Source: Terriglobia bacterium
GTDB lineage: Bacteria > Acidobacteriota > Terriglobia > 20CM-2-55-15
NCBI GenBank assembly: GCA_036274645.1
Contig: DASUFH010000292.1
Span: forward strand, 1 to 58,233
DNA: 58,233 bases
Reading direction: 5' to 3'
The notes beneath the pieces are model-generated. The model had not been told where the DNA came from. It worked only from the letters and a program-made list of their open reading frames with translations, and searched no databases. The position numbers were made by a program, and so were the translations under genes. How positions within the stretch are numbered: the first letter of the stretch is position 1; every line of letters starts with the position of its first letter. Of this stretch, positions 9,565 through 18,766 are shown piece after piece.

Positions 9565-10418
9565 CGCGCCTTTCGGGATCGCGGGCGGGAGCGTCCGCCA
9601 TCCTCAACCAGGACGGGTTCGCTCTCAGCCTTTATAGGACTGGATTTTTTCTGGGTTTCCTTCAAGCTTTCCTTGAGGACTTCCATCAGGTCGACGACCT
9701 TGCCGGCGGTTTTCGGCGCGGGAGCGGCGGCCTTGAATGTCACGCCTTCCACCTTGGCCCGGATGATCGCGAGAACCTTGTCGTGGTACTCATCGCGGTA
9801 CTTGGCGGGCTCGAATGTTCCCGACATCGAATCGATGAGCATATTGGCCAGGCCCATTTCCTTTTCGCTGATGTCGATTTTCTTCGGGAGGTTCAACTCA
9901 CCCGGATCGACGATCTCATGGGCAAAGCGCATCATTTCGAGCGCAATCATCGAACCTACCGGTTTCACCGCAGCCAGATGCTCCCGGGATTTCAGCACGA
10001 CACGCGCAATACCCACCCGTTTGGATTGGGCCAGCGCCTCCCGCATGAGGGCATAGGCGCGCTCGCCGCCCTTCTGGGGTTCGAGGTAATAGGGCTTGTC
10101 GAAGTAGATGGGATCGATTTCCTCTTCCCTGACGAATTCCAGGATTTGAATGGTCTTGGTCAGTTCGATATCCGCCTTGTCGAGATCCTCGTCGGTGACT
10201 TCGACGTACTGGCCCTTTTCGTACTCGTATCCCCGGGTAATCTCGTCCCAAGGCACTTCCTTGTCCTCGGCATCGCAATATCGCTTGTAAGACACCTTGC
10301 TGAGGTCTTTCTTGTGAAGGTAATGCAGGGAGACCTCATCTCGTCGGGTTGCGCTGAACAGGGAGATGGGGATCGTCACCAGCGCAAAGCTGATATTGCC
10401 TTTCCAAATCGCTCTCAT
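9561..10418 (-). CDS. ku: Ku protein (non-homologous end joining)
   Basis: 285 aa. MRAIWKGNISFALVTIPISLFSAT is the hallmark bacterial Ku N-terminus. The C-terminal tail is basic. Confidence 0.92.
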   Translation of the reverse strand: MRAIWKGNISFALVTIPISLFSATRRDEVSLHYLHKKDLSKVSYKRYCDAEDKEVPWDEITRGYEYEKGQYVEVTDEDLDKADIELTKTIQILEFVREEEIDPIYFDKPYYLEPQKGGERAYALMREALAQSKRVGIARVVLKSREHLAAVKPVGSMIALEMMRFAHEIVDPGELNLPKKIDISEKEMGLANMLIDSMSGTFEPAKYRDEYHDKVLAIIRAKVEGVTFKAAAPAPKTAGKVVDLMEVLKESLKETQKKSSPIKAESEPVLVEDGGRSRPRSRKAR

Positions 10419-10715
10419 AGACCGCTCTCCTCGTTTGCAGGGAAGCTGGAAACTGCGCGACCTTGAACAAACCGCGCGATTTTAACACGTTGTCATACCG
10501 GTTGAGACGCTTCGGTCCAATCCCGTCCGGTCAGAAATGATATGAAGGCTGGTTAACCCATAACGACGTTGCTGTCCCGGATGAAGTTCCTCGGATGGAT
10601 CCAATCCTGAAGTTTCCGGTTAGAATCCTGCCATGTCGATTGCGGAAGAACGATTGTGCATGGGAAATGATGAAGGCTGGCGCCGCGAAGGGCCCGCGTC
10701 TGACACCTCTGTCCA

Positions 10716-12107
10716 ATGAATCGCCGGCTGTTTTTCCTCCTGATTTCCATTCTCGCTGTGAAGCTGTTCTTCCTTGCGGTCGATTCGTACCCGGGCTTGA
10801 TGTTCGGTGACTCGGCTTCGTATCTGACCACGGCGCTGCAAAAGTGGATACCGCCGGACCGGAGCTTCCTGTACGGTTTCATCATTCGGAGGCTGACGGT
10901 AAACTTCCGCATCCATTCACTCATTCCTGTTGTGGTTTTTCAGGCGTTGCTTTCGGGACTGGCGAGCTGGCTCGCAGGTTACTGCCTCGTGAGGTTCTTT
11001 CACGCGCGTTTCTCCGTGGCCGCCCTCTTCAGCCTGTTGATGTCGATCGAGCCGATGAGTCTGATGTTCGAGCGGTTCATCCTGCCCGACTCCCTCACGG
11101 CTTCCGTGTTCGCGATCTTCATGTGCGCGGTTTTCAGCTATATGCAAACCCCCCGGCTGAGGATGTTGGCCTGGGTGCAGATACTTTCTACGCTCCTCGT
11201 CGCGCTGCGGCTGAATTTCCTGCCAGTGGCGATCGGCGCCTCCGTGCTGCTGCCGCCACTCACCCCGGCTCTTCGACAACGCTGGCGGATCTCGGGCTAC
11301 AGGGCGATTCTGGGACCGGTTGCGTTTTCCCTTCTATTGAGTCAGGGGCTCCTGTGGGGGTATCGCTCGGTGTACGGAGATCTGATCGGGAAGCCGGCGG
11401 CGTACAGCTATAGCGACGGCAGTTTCCTTATAGCGGTTGTCGTCCTCCTGCTGGAGCCGGCGGACTTTCCCCGCCGGGTTGATGGCGGCGCAATACTCAA
11501 GGAAGCCCGCTACACGATATCCGATCCACGCATGCGCCCGGCCAATCACTGGATGGAGGGAGGGCTGTGCGATGTCTTTCAACAGGTAGTCGGCGACCCT
11601 GACGAAGCAAACGCCCTGATGAAAGAGACTGCGTTGAACGCTGTGCTGCGTAATCCCGCCGGTGTTGCGAAACTCGCCGTCGGGTTATACCTGGACTTCT
11701 TTAATGCAAAGGAGCTTCGCGACACTCTGAAGATTGAAGAAGGACAGGGCCACGAAGCCACAATGCAACAGGCGGAGACGCTGTTAACCAGCTTCAACTT
11801 CGATGTGCAAGAAGACATGCGCTTCGACTCGGTAACGAAGGTCTGGCACGGGATGGCGCTACCCTGGTACTGGTTGCTTCTGGTCTTCCCGATGCTCTAC
11901 TTGCCCTATCTCTTCCTGCGACGGCAAGCCATCGGGCCGCAACACGTGTTGTGCTTCCTGTTCGCGGCGATGATTGTCGTGGAAACGGTGGCGCTGGTCG
12001 AACGAATCGTGACTCGTTACTTGGTCGCGGAGGCATGGCTGCTGTGTGTGGCAATCGGCGCGATGATGCCGCGGGAGATGGGCAAACCGGATGAACGCCC
12101 CAGCTAA
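10716..12107 (+). CDS. polytopic membrane protein, possibly GT-C-fold glycosyltransferase
   Basis: 463 aa with about 10 predicted TM helices. N-terminus MNRRLFFLLISILAVKLFFLAVDSYPGLMFGDSASY resembles ArnT/PMT-like proteins. No motif is decisive. Confidence 0.5.
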   Translation: MNRRLFFLLISILAVKLFFLAVDSYPGLMFGDSASYLTTALQKWIPPDRSFLYGFIIRRLTVNFRIHSLIPVVVFQALLSGLASWLAGYCLVRFFHARFSVAALFSLLMSIEPMSLMFERFILPDSLTASVFAIFMCAVFSYMQTPRLRMLAWVQILSTLLVALRLNFLPVAIGASVLLPPLTPALRQRWRISGYRAILGPVAFSLLLSQGLLWGYRSVYGDLIGKPAAYSYSDGSFLIAVVVLLLEPADFPRRVDGGAILKEARYTISDPRMRPANHWMEGGLCDVFQQVVGDPDEANALMKETALNAVLRNPAGVAKLAVGLYLDFFNAKELRDTLKIEEGQGHEATMQQAETLLTSFNFDVQEDMRFDSVTKVWHGMALPWYWLLLVFPMLYLPYLFLRRQAIGPQHVLCFLFAAMIVVETVALVERIVTRYLVAEAWLLCVAIGAMMPREMGKPDERPS

Positions 12108-12215
12108 GGAGCGCCCTGCCGCGATTTTCGTATCGACTGACGCGCAAACGTCATCGAACTTTCGAATATGCTGGAGCGCATGAATCGTTGTTTGAAGATG
12201 CCAGCGGTTAACTAA

Positions 12216-15200
12216 CTAGGATTTTCCGGGCTTGATCCACTGCAGGATCACATCCTGCAATTTAAGAAAAGCGGTTAACAGCCCGGTGACCCCGGTTGCG
12301 ACAGCCACCAGGCTGGACTGCCAGCCTGGCTGGGTCGCCGCCAGGAAGAGTCCCAATCCGGCCAGCGCAACAATCAGGAGCAGGCGAATGTAGCGCCAGC
12401 TGCGCCACTCTGAGACCTTGTGGGAGTCCTGCAGCTGTTGTTTCATGGTTGCCTTCCTGGCCAGCAGAAAGGCGGCAAACACTTTGGAGCCGGGTTGCAA
12501 ATCCGGAGCCAGTTGCAGGAGGCCGCGGTTGAAAAGGTCCGCCACCATGTGTTTCTGTCGTGGATTGGCGATGTGTTCCTGCGCGACTTGCGCCAGCAGT
12601 TGCTTTTCTTCCGGGAGAAGGTTTTGCCAGATCCTCTCGCACTCATCCGCGGACTGTGGCGGTCCCGTCTCAGGCGTCTTGAACTCCGCATGAAACAGCC
12701 CGTTTGTGTTCCAACGAATCCACCACAGGAGGACCAGGACAATGGCCGTGATTCCGAGCAGCCCACGCGCTCCGATCGTTCCGTTCTCGATGTAAGCGGG
12801 TTTTTCAAAATGTGAGCGATACAGCGCGTCGTTGTCGATGGGGAGGTAGTATTCCAGAAGTTCGTGCGCGCCCATCAATTGAAATGATCCGGGAAGTGGA
12901 CGGTTTGCCTGACGGGCGGCCGGCTCAAGACACGCGCCGGGACTGGTATCCGGGCCGTACGGTGTGGGGCAGATATTGATGTAGGAGTTGCGCGCGCGTA
13001 TCCGCTGGTCAATCACCGATTCGAGATCGCCTTCGGCGCGTCTTTCTGCGGCGAAGGCCAGTTTCGCGTCGGCCCATTGTTCCGCCATCCATCTCCGCTC
13101 CGTGGCGACAGCTTTTCCGAATTCATAGCGCAGAGTCAGTCGAAACAACGTGGCGGCGGGAACGATGACGACACACAACGCCAGCAGGACAACTTCGGCG
13201 GCCTGCCAGTGTCCTCGGCCCAACGGCGCGTGAGGCCTTTTCAACCATGGCCGCGAAGCGCAGATCGTGATGCCAGCGGCGGCCGCGATAATGGGAATGA
13301 TCAGAACCAGGCCGGACTCGCCTGTTCCATGAATGAGAAGCATGCCGGCAAGAAGCGCCAGAAGGAAAGCGGCGCCCAGGAGTTGGTGCAGTCGCGTTAA
13401 ACCACCGTGGGGCCAGAGCCATGCGCCTAATTTGCGCTCTCTGTCGGCTCGCGTTACGAGCGCTCCCGCAAGCAGGAGAATCAGCAGCGCCAGCATCGTT
13501 ACCGATAGGCTCGTGGCAAACGTGTGCGCCACGAGCGCGCGCTCCACGGACTGATCCCGGAACACGGCGAGGTACAGGACATTAACACCAGGGGAATCGC
13601 TCTGAAGTCCGAGCGGAAGCATCACGAAGCGATGAGGGCGTTCATGATAGCGTCCGGAGATTGGCTCCGGAGCCGGCGCGTCATCCGTGACGGGCGCGTA
13701 GCCCTCGCTCGCCGCGGCCCCGTTTCCAGCGTTGCGGGAATGGGTGGTAAAAACCAGACTTTTCAGCGTGGGACCAATGCTGGTCTGGGAGAAGAAGTTT
13801 TCGCGCAAAGAGAGTTTGGTATCGGAGTGATACAGCACCCTTCCTTCCCTATTGAAAACCGCGAATCCATATCCGGCAGGCAGTGGTGTCTGATCCAACG
13901 ACAGAAGCCGGACCACGGCGGCGACAACGTAGTGTCCTTCGACATTCTGGATTCCGCAGGCGCCCGCGTCCAGGCGGGAAGGGACGGAGAGAAATGTCTT
14001 GAGCTTTCCATCCGTGATGGACCGGTCCGGGGCGATGAAGAAGTCCGGCTTGCCGTCGTCCAGCTTGAAGAGGCTCTTATCATGGACAGCGCGATAGTAG
14101 TGTCGCGCGGCGATCTGATCCCTCTTTAACAGCGTTGCGACCGGGTCAGCCGTGATCTTCAGATTCTGATCGCCCTCTGGCGAGATCCACGCCATTTGTT
14201 CAATGAGGATGGGACTGCTGGGTTGCGGTGGCCGGATGAGGGCGTTGTTCTCTCTGAGCCAGTTGACCTGGGCGCCACTCATACAGCGCTTTTGCGGCCA
14301 TGTCCGGGCGATCTGTTCGTCGTATTCAACGACTTGATCCCGCAGATCGCTCACCTCCTTTTCGAAGTGTCCGCTCAGGTCTTTAGCCAGGGCCTGGAGT
14401 CCGCTGTCGGCTATCGAGGACCAATACCCATAGCTGTCCCACCCGATCACGACAAACGTGAGGAGCGCCAGCAGAGCTCCGGAGCTGAGATAGAGGAGAT
14501 AGACGTCGGTCATGCTGAAACGCTCACGTCTATCCAACGCGATCAGTTTAATGAACGGAAATCCGAACAGGCCCACCATCAGCAGGATCGTCAGAAGCGC
14601 GATGAAATAGGAGTCAATGGCCATCGCCTGGCGCACCAGGTCCATGGTCTGGACTGCGCCGCCGAGCAGCAGCGTCTTGTGGAGGGACGCCGACAGAGGA
14701 ACGGGCTGCAGGTACGCCTGATAACCCGCGCCCAGATCGAGCGGAATGCGGCCGCTGAGCGAGCGAATCCTGCTCCATTCCGCATCCTTGTCGCCGCTCA
14801 GGGTTTCCTTGAGGTTTTCAATCCGGATGTTGCCGGGGCTGTCTGCCGCCGAGTCGCGGAATTCCCGTTCTCCCCATCGCAGCCAGCGGCGCCAGTGGCG
14901 TTGGGCCGGATCATCCTGGTAGAGGATCGACCCATCATCGCCGGCCACGAAGATGAACTGGAACGACTCCGGAAACGACAGGTCCTTCAGAAGCTCCCCG
15001 GGCAGGTATTCGAAAGAAGCGAGGGTACCCTGACCGCGAACAACATCGATGGCGAGCGCCTTGTCGGCTGAGAATCCGATATGGACATCGCCGGTTTCCC
15101 CTGGCTTCAGTTGGGAACACTTCGCGTTCAATTTCAGATAGGGCTGATCCCGGTCAAAGGCGCACCAGGAGTCCGGGGACTTCGCGTTGGCGGACGAGAC

Positions 15201-15536
15201 GAAATTCGTTGCCGTCAGCAGGGCGTTGTCAATCGAGCGGCCCAGCTCCGCAGCCGCGCTGGCAAGCTCGCGCTCATTTCGATCGTTCAGACGTCCGTAT
15301 TGAATGACGACGTAAGCGACATAGACGGCGATGATCATGATGGCCGCAATGAGCGGCGCGCGGAGAGGGAACGACCGCGTGTCGTGAGATGTGGACAAAT
15401 GCGCCTCGCTTGTCGCGCCGCTCGTTGGTTGTTGTACTGCTGGAGAAGCAGCGGCTGGCGCAGTATACATCGTCCGCCGGGCCGTTAAGGTTGCAGTTCG
15501 CAGGTCGGGGCTGACCGGGTGTGTCCGCCTTCCCAC
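12216..15536 (-). CDS. large multi-pass membrane protein with two putative extracytoplasmic Cache/PDC-like domains, no recognisable output domain
   Basis: 1106-aa ORF (GTG 15536; alternative ATG 15470). The layout is a TM helix, a ~250-aa loop, a TM pair, a ~330-aa loop with a Cache-like stretch (HYYRAVHDKSLF...FIAPDRSITDGK...YGFAVFNREGRVLYHSD), then about 6 TM helices. After these come a soluble segment and a final TM pair. Confidence 0.6.
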   Translation of the reverse strand: MGRRTHPVSPDLRTATLTARRTMYTAPAAASPAVQQPTSGATSEAHLSTSHDTRSFPLRAPLIAAIMIIAVYVAYVVIQYGRLNDRNERELASAAAELGRSIDNALLTATNFVSSANAKSPDSWCAFDRDQPYLKLNAKCSQLKPGETGDVHIGFSADKALAIDVVRGQGTLASFEYLPGELLKDLSFPESFQFIFVAGDDGSILYQDDPAQRHWRRWLRWGEREFRDSAADSPGNIRIENLKETLSGDKDAEWSRIRSLSGRIPLDLGAGYQAYLQPVPLSASLHKTLLLGGAVQTMDLVRQAMAIDSYFIALLTILLMVGLFGFPFIKLIALDRRERFSMTDVYLLYLSSGALLALLTFVVIGWDSYGYWSSIADSGLQALAKDLSGHFEKEVSDLRDQVVEYDEQIARTWPQKRCMSGAQVNWLRENNALIRPPQPSSPILIEQMAWISPEGDQNLKITADPVATLLKRDQIAARHYYRAVHDKSLFKLDDGKPDFFIAPDRSITDGKLKTFLSVPSRLDAGACGIQNVEGHYVVAAVVRLLSLDQTPLPAGYGFAVFNREGRVLYHSDTKLSLRENFFSQTSIGPTLKSLVFTTHSRNAGNGAAASEGYAPVTDDAPAPEPISGRYHERPHRFVMLPLGLQSDSPGVNVLYLAVFRDQSVERALVAHTFATSLSVTMLALLILLLAGALVTRADRERKLGAWLWPHGGLTRLHQLLGAAFLLALLAGMLLIHGTGESGLVLIIPIIAAAAGITICASRPWLKRPHAPLGRGHWQAAEVVLLALCVVIVPAATLFRLTLRYEFGKAVATERRWMAEQWADAKLAFAAERRAEGDLESVIDQRIRARNSYINICPTPYGPDTSPGACLEPAARQANRPLPGSFQLMGAHELLEYYLPIDNDALYRSHFEKPAYIENGTIGARGLLGITAIVLVLLWWIRWNTNGLFHAEFKTPETGPPQSADECERIWQNLLPEEKQLLAQVAQEHIANPRQKHMVADLFNRGLLQLAPDLQPGSKVFAAFLLARKATMKQQLQDSHKVSEWRSWRYIRLLLIVALAGLGLFLAATQPGWQSSLVAVATGVTGLLTAFLKLQDVILQWIKPGKS

Positions 15537-15747
15537 AAGGACTATCGAGAGGTTAGTCGGATCACTTTGCCATGATGCTACCGTTGCGTGGCGTTGCGGT
15601 GAGTGAGAGCAAGACAGGGAAGGCCGGGGCTCTCTGGAAAACCGTTAGCCTTCCTTCAATTCTCCGCGCGCTCCTCGCAATCTCTTTGCCTGGCGCATCC
15701 CAGAAACAGCTGAAGGCGTTCCGACGCCGTGATGATCCCGCCTGCGA

Positions 15748-15978
15748 TCACTCGGATTGACTGAATGACCTTTCCGTTTCCTCCACGTGGCCTAAAACGA
15801 TGCCCGCCCCACCCGTATCCGTTGCAACGCTGAGTCTGGAGGCTGCGTCGCGCACCCGGGAATCAGCCAGAGCGGCCTGTCGCAAGGAATCTTCCGGCCC
15901 GCCGCCGCGCAGTGCAACCACGGTTGATGAGAGCAAGAGCACACTGGTGACCAGTGACAGCATTCGTCCAACGCTCAT
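15748..15978 (-). CDS. small secreted hypothetical protein (76 aa)
   Basis: ATG 15978 is preceded by GGAGGCAAAAC. Signal-like N-terminus MSVGRMLSLVTSVLLLSSTVVAL. Confidence 0.45.
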   Translation of the reverse strand: MSVGRMLSLVTSVLLLSSTVVALRGGGPEDSLRQAALADSRVRDAASRLSVATDTGGAGIVLGHVEETERSFSQSE

Positions 15979-16105
15979 GTTTTGCCTCCGGTTATCCAAA
16001 ACGACGACGAGGGGCAGGGCCTCGCCCCTAAATCTCCCACAATCTTTTCAGGTTTCGAGCTTTCGGGCTCTGCGCCGCAGACAAATGAAGCGAAGGGCAA
16101 GGTCG

Positions 16106-16134
16106 CCAAAAGGGCCCGAAAAGCCGGGCCCTTT
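16106..16134 (-). terminator. rho-independent terminator after the DUF6152 gene
   Basis: The minus strand reads AAAGGGCCCG-gcttt-tCGGGCCCTTTTGG. This is a GC stem followed by a T run, 30 nt after the stop at 16164. Confidence 0.6.
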
Positions 16135-16163
16135 CGGCGGCGTCCATGACACGAAACTGCCGG

Positions 16164-16616
16164 CTAGTTACCGCCGGGCGCCGGACCGCGCGGAGCGGCG
16201 CCGCCGGGCGCCGGAGCGGGACCGCGTCTGCCGCCACCACCGCCGCGCTGCGACAGCGTCTGGCCGGATGGCAGGACGATTGACACGAAGAGCCCGCCCG
16301 GATCGCCGTTCTTCATTGGGTTACCCGTGACCTTAACCTTGTCGCCGGGTTTCAGCGTAGTCGCCTTCCAGCCCGCCTGCACGAGGTAGGTGGGTGAGGT
16401 CATCTCGAAATTCCAGATGTCCACGCCGCCTTTGCTGTTCGGGACCTCGAGCTCCACCCACGAATGGGGGTTGGCCCACTTGAATTGTTTTACTGTTCCC
16501 TCAATCGTCACAGTCTTCCCGGTGTCCACTCCGGCGGCGGAGTGATGCGCGTAGACTCCAACGGTCATACCCAGCGCGGTCGCCATTAATCCAAGCAACA
16601 AGATGAAGCGTTTCAT
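16164..16616 (-). CDS. DUF6152-like secreted protein with Gly/Arg/Pro-rich C-terminal tail
   Basis: Trimmed to ATG 16616 (GGAGGAGCA upstream). MKRFILLLGLMATALGMTVGVYAHHSAAG...TIEGTVKQFKWANPHSWVELEV is the typical family pattern. Tail: RGGGGGRRGPAPAPGGAAPRGPAPGGN. Confidence 0.7.
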   Translation of the reverse strand: MKRFILLLGLMATALGMTVGVYAHHSAAGVDTGKTVTIEGTVKQFKWANPHSWVELEVPNSKGGVDIWNFEMTSPTYLVQAGWKATTLKPGDKVKVTGNPMKNGDPGGLFVSIVLPSGQTLSQRGGGGGRRGPAPAPGGAAPRGPAPGGN

Positions 16617-16627
16617 TGCTCCTCCAA

Positions 16628-17443
16628 TTAATTCCGTTTGGTGATGTCTTCGCGGACGTTGTCCTGTGAGTGCACCGTCGGCATGTGTTCGTTGAGGTCC
16701 GGCAGGCATTCGACCTCGGCGATGTCGCGGTCGGTCACGCGCCGCCATGTCTTCGTCTGCTTCCACTCGCCTTCCCAGTTCCTGGGATCGATCAATGTGA
16801 ATTCGATCGACAGGCTGTTCGGATTCGGCATTGTGTAGCGCTCGATGATGCGCAGTTCATCGCTCGCGGGCACGCCCAGCCGGTCATTGATCCAATGATG
16901 TTCGTCCACGAAATTCCTGGTCTCGATGACCAGCGCGTTGCCATCCCAATGACCGATGGATTCGCCGTTGAAGCTGCGCACCGCGATGTCAGGGTCCGTG
17001 TGCTCTCGGCCGTCGAGATACACCACCCGCATGCTGTTCATCAGCTCCTGGATCATGAAAATCGAGGTGGGCAACTGGATCATGTCGATCGGCCACACGC
17101 GGGTCATCATGATCGGAACGCCCGCCGGCCAGCACAAGCCGATGTCGTTGCGGTAAACCTTGCCTTCCGCGGTCGCCTTCCTGGCGGCGTCGAAATGCGC
17201 CTGCGCCGCGGGCGTCAGCTTTACGGTGGCGGGCGGCTCGAACCGCTCATTCCCGCTGTGCAGCCACGTTCCAGTCAAATCGAACGGGGGTTTCGGACGG
17301 GCTTTGGCGAGGTTTTCGGGCGCGAGAACGCCGAGCGTACCCCGCGGCTGGAACTGCGCCGAAGTGTGCGATGCGCCGAAAACGACTGCCCAAAAAGCCA
17401 CCGCAATCAGGCCGCCCGAGCGGACGATCCGGGAATTGCTCAT
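16628..17443 (-). CDS. secreted hypothetical protein, partner of the DUF6152 gene
   Basis: Trimmed to ATG 17443 (GGAGGAAACCG upstream). Signal peptide MSNSRIVRSGGLIAVAFWAVVFGASHTSAQ. 11-nt gap to the downstream DUF6152 gene. Confidence 0.6.
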   Translation of the reverse strand: MSNSRIVRSGGLIAVAFWAVVFGASHTSAQFQPRGTLGVLAPENLAKARPKPPFDLTGTWLHSGNERFEPPATVKLTPAAQAHFDAARKATAEGKVYRNDIGLCWPAGVPIMMTRVWPIDMIQLPTSIFMIQELMNSMRVVYLDGREHTDPDIAVRSFNGESIGHWDGNALVIETRNFVDEHHWINDRLGVPASDELRIIERYTMPNPNSLSIEFTLIDPRNWEGEWKQTKTWRRVTDRDIAEVECLPDLNEHMPTVHSQDNVREDITKRN

Positions 17444-17650
17444 CGGTTTCCTCCAAATCCCAAACCTAATGACCGGCATCGTAGTGGCTCACACGAAAGC
17501 CTGTCAAACGTTTCCAGCCTGTCCGGCAATCTTTCCGGCCTGCCGCGAATGCCACGGCTGCGAAAGTCAAGGGCAGCCACACGGGGGACAGCCACACGTT
17601 GACTATGTCGCGATGAATGTCTATCGTTTGGCCGATCTAAACTGTACCGG

Positions 17651-18766
17651 GTGATGTTGTCGACGTTGTTCAAGAGCAGAGGTTGGATTCCCGCCACGGT
17701 CGTCCTCGTACTTCTTGTGCTGCAGTGGATCAATGCGTCGCCACTGGGCGATGTTGAAGGCAAGTACACGGACCATCTGCGGCACGAGGTTGAAGCGCTG
17801 GCCTTCGTTTCCAGGGGATTCGTTGTCTATCGCGAGCCATACCGGCAGTTCGCCGATGGTCTCTGGCCCTGCGCGGATCACAGGGCGCTGTTTGATGAAC
17901 GAACCGCTCCGTATCCACCGCTGGGCATCCTGCTGCACTGGCCCGTCGCCCGTCTCGAATCCGGCGGCATGATCACCGCGTATAACGCGCACCGGCTGCT
18001 GGGCGCGTTGTGGATGGGGGCCGGGCTCCTGTCGTTTCTGGTCGTTCGGCGGCTTGTCGACGAATGGAAGGCCGCGGACTGGATAACTTACGGCGCGTTG
18101 CTCGCGCCACTTCTCGTGGGGGCCGGCGCAAATGGCTTCTACGACACGACGTACTTTCTCATGGGCGTGTCGGCGCTTCTCTGTCTCAAGAAGGACAGGA
18201 CTCTTCCGGCCGGACTCCTGCTCGGTCTGTCCGTTGCGATGAGCTTCCGCGCCATCGTGTTTGCGCCGCTCGGGCTGTGGGCGATCGCCAGGTCACTCGA
18301 GGCGGGATATGGGCGCGCGTTTCGCATTCTGCTGGTGAGCGTTCCGTGGGTCGCCTTTTCGGCGGCGAGCGCCTGGGCATTGGGGGGCTCACTGGAGGTG
18401 ATTCCGGCCGAAAGTCCGGTTCATTTCAGTCGCGTGGTTCAGGGCGAGCCCGCTGCAGTCACTTTCGTGGCGCTCGGTGTGGGACTCATCGCATGGTTGT
18501 TGGTTCGCGGATACCGGTGGACCGGCCTTTCCGTTCTCAGCATGACCCTGGTCGTGTTGCTCGATCGCAGTCTCGGGTTCTGGCACGCGCTTCCCTACTT
18601 CGTGCCGGGTCTGGTGTTCGCGGTGGAAGCGCCTCGGGCGTCGGCTCGCGCGCGATGGCTGGCGCTGTTGTTTCTGCTCTGCGGCCTTACCCTGGGGTTT
18701 CGCGGGCCGACCCGTCCGTCCTGGGGATGGCTCAGGACGCGCATCACTCAACTCGCTCACCCGTGA
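17651..18766 (+). CDS. polytopic membrane protein (GT-C/DUF2029-like?)
   Basis: 371 aa with about 9 TM helices. The stop overlaps the ATG of the next gene (TGATG). Confidence 0.5.
   Translation: MMLSTLFKSRGWIPATVVLVLLVLQWINASPLGDVEGKYTDHLRHEVEALAFVSRGFVVYREPYRQFADGLWPCADHRALFDERTAPYPPLGILLHWPVARLESGGMITAYNAHRLLGALWMGAGLLSFLVVRRLVDEWKAADWITYGALLAPLLVGAGANGFYDTTYFLMGVSALLCLKKDRTLPAGLLLGLSVAMSFRAIVFAPLGLWAIARSLEAGYGRAFRILLVSVPWVAFSAASAWALGGSLEVIPAESPVHFSRVVQGEPAAVTFVALGVGLIAWLLVRGYRWTGLSVLSMTLVVLLDRSLGFWHALPYFVPGLVFAVEAPRASARARWLALLFLLCGLTLGFRGPTRPSWGWLRTRITQLAHP

Noticed and set aside
10534-10680. Direct repeat GAAATGAT(AT)GAAGGCTGG at 10534..10552 and 10664..10680 in the ku / membrane-gene intergenic region
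   Set aside because: There are only two short copies and no palindromic structure. This could be chance or a regulator site, and sequence alone cannot decide.
10531-10924. Minus-strand ORFs 10531..10716, 10553..10924 and 10620..10916
   Set aside because: They overlap each other and the start of the well-supported membrane gene at 10716. They have no RBS or motifs.
17599-17627. Sigma70-like promoter TTGACT-17 nt-TATCGT upstream of gene 17651
   Set aside because: The spacing is plausible but the -10 is weak, and the consensus for this phylum is uncertain. Confidence is too low to list as a feature.
18010-18765. 5' extension of ORF 18010..21252
   Set aside because: It overlaps the polytopic membrane gene 17651..18766 in another frame and is Arg/Gly-rich. 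ATG 18766 precedes a signal-anchor sequence and overlaps the upstream stop codon.
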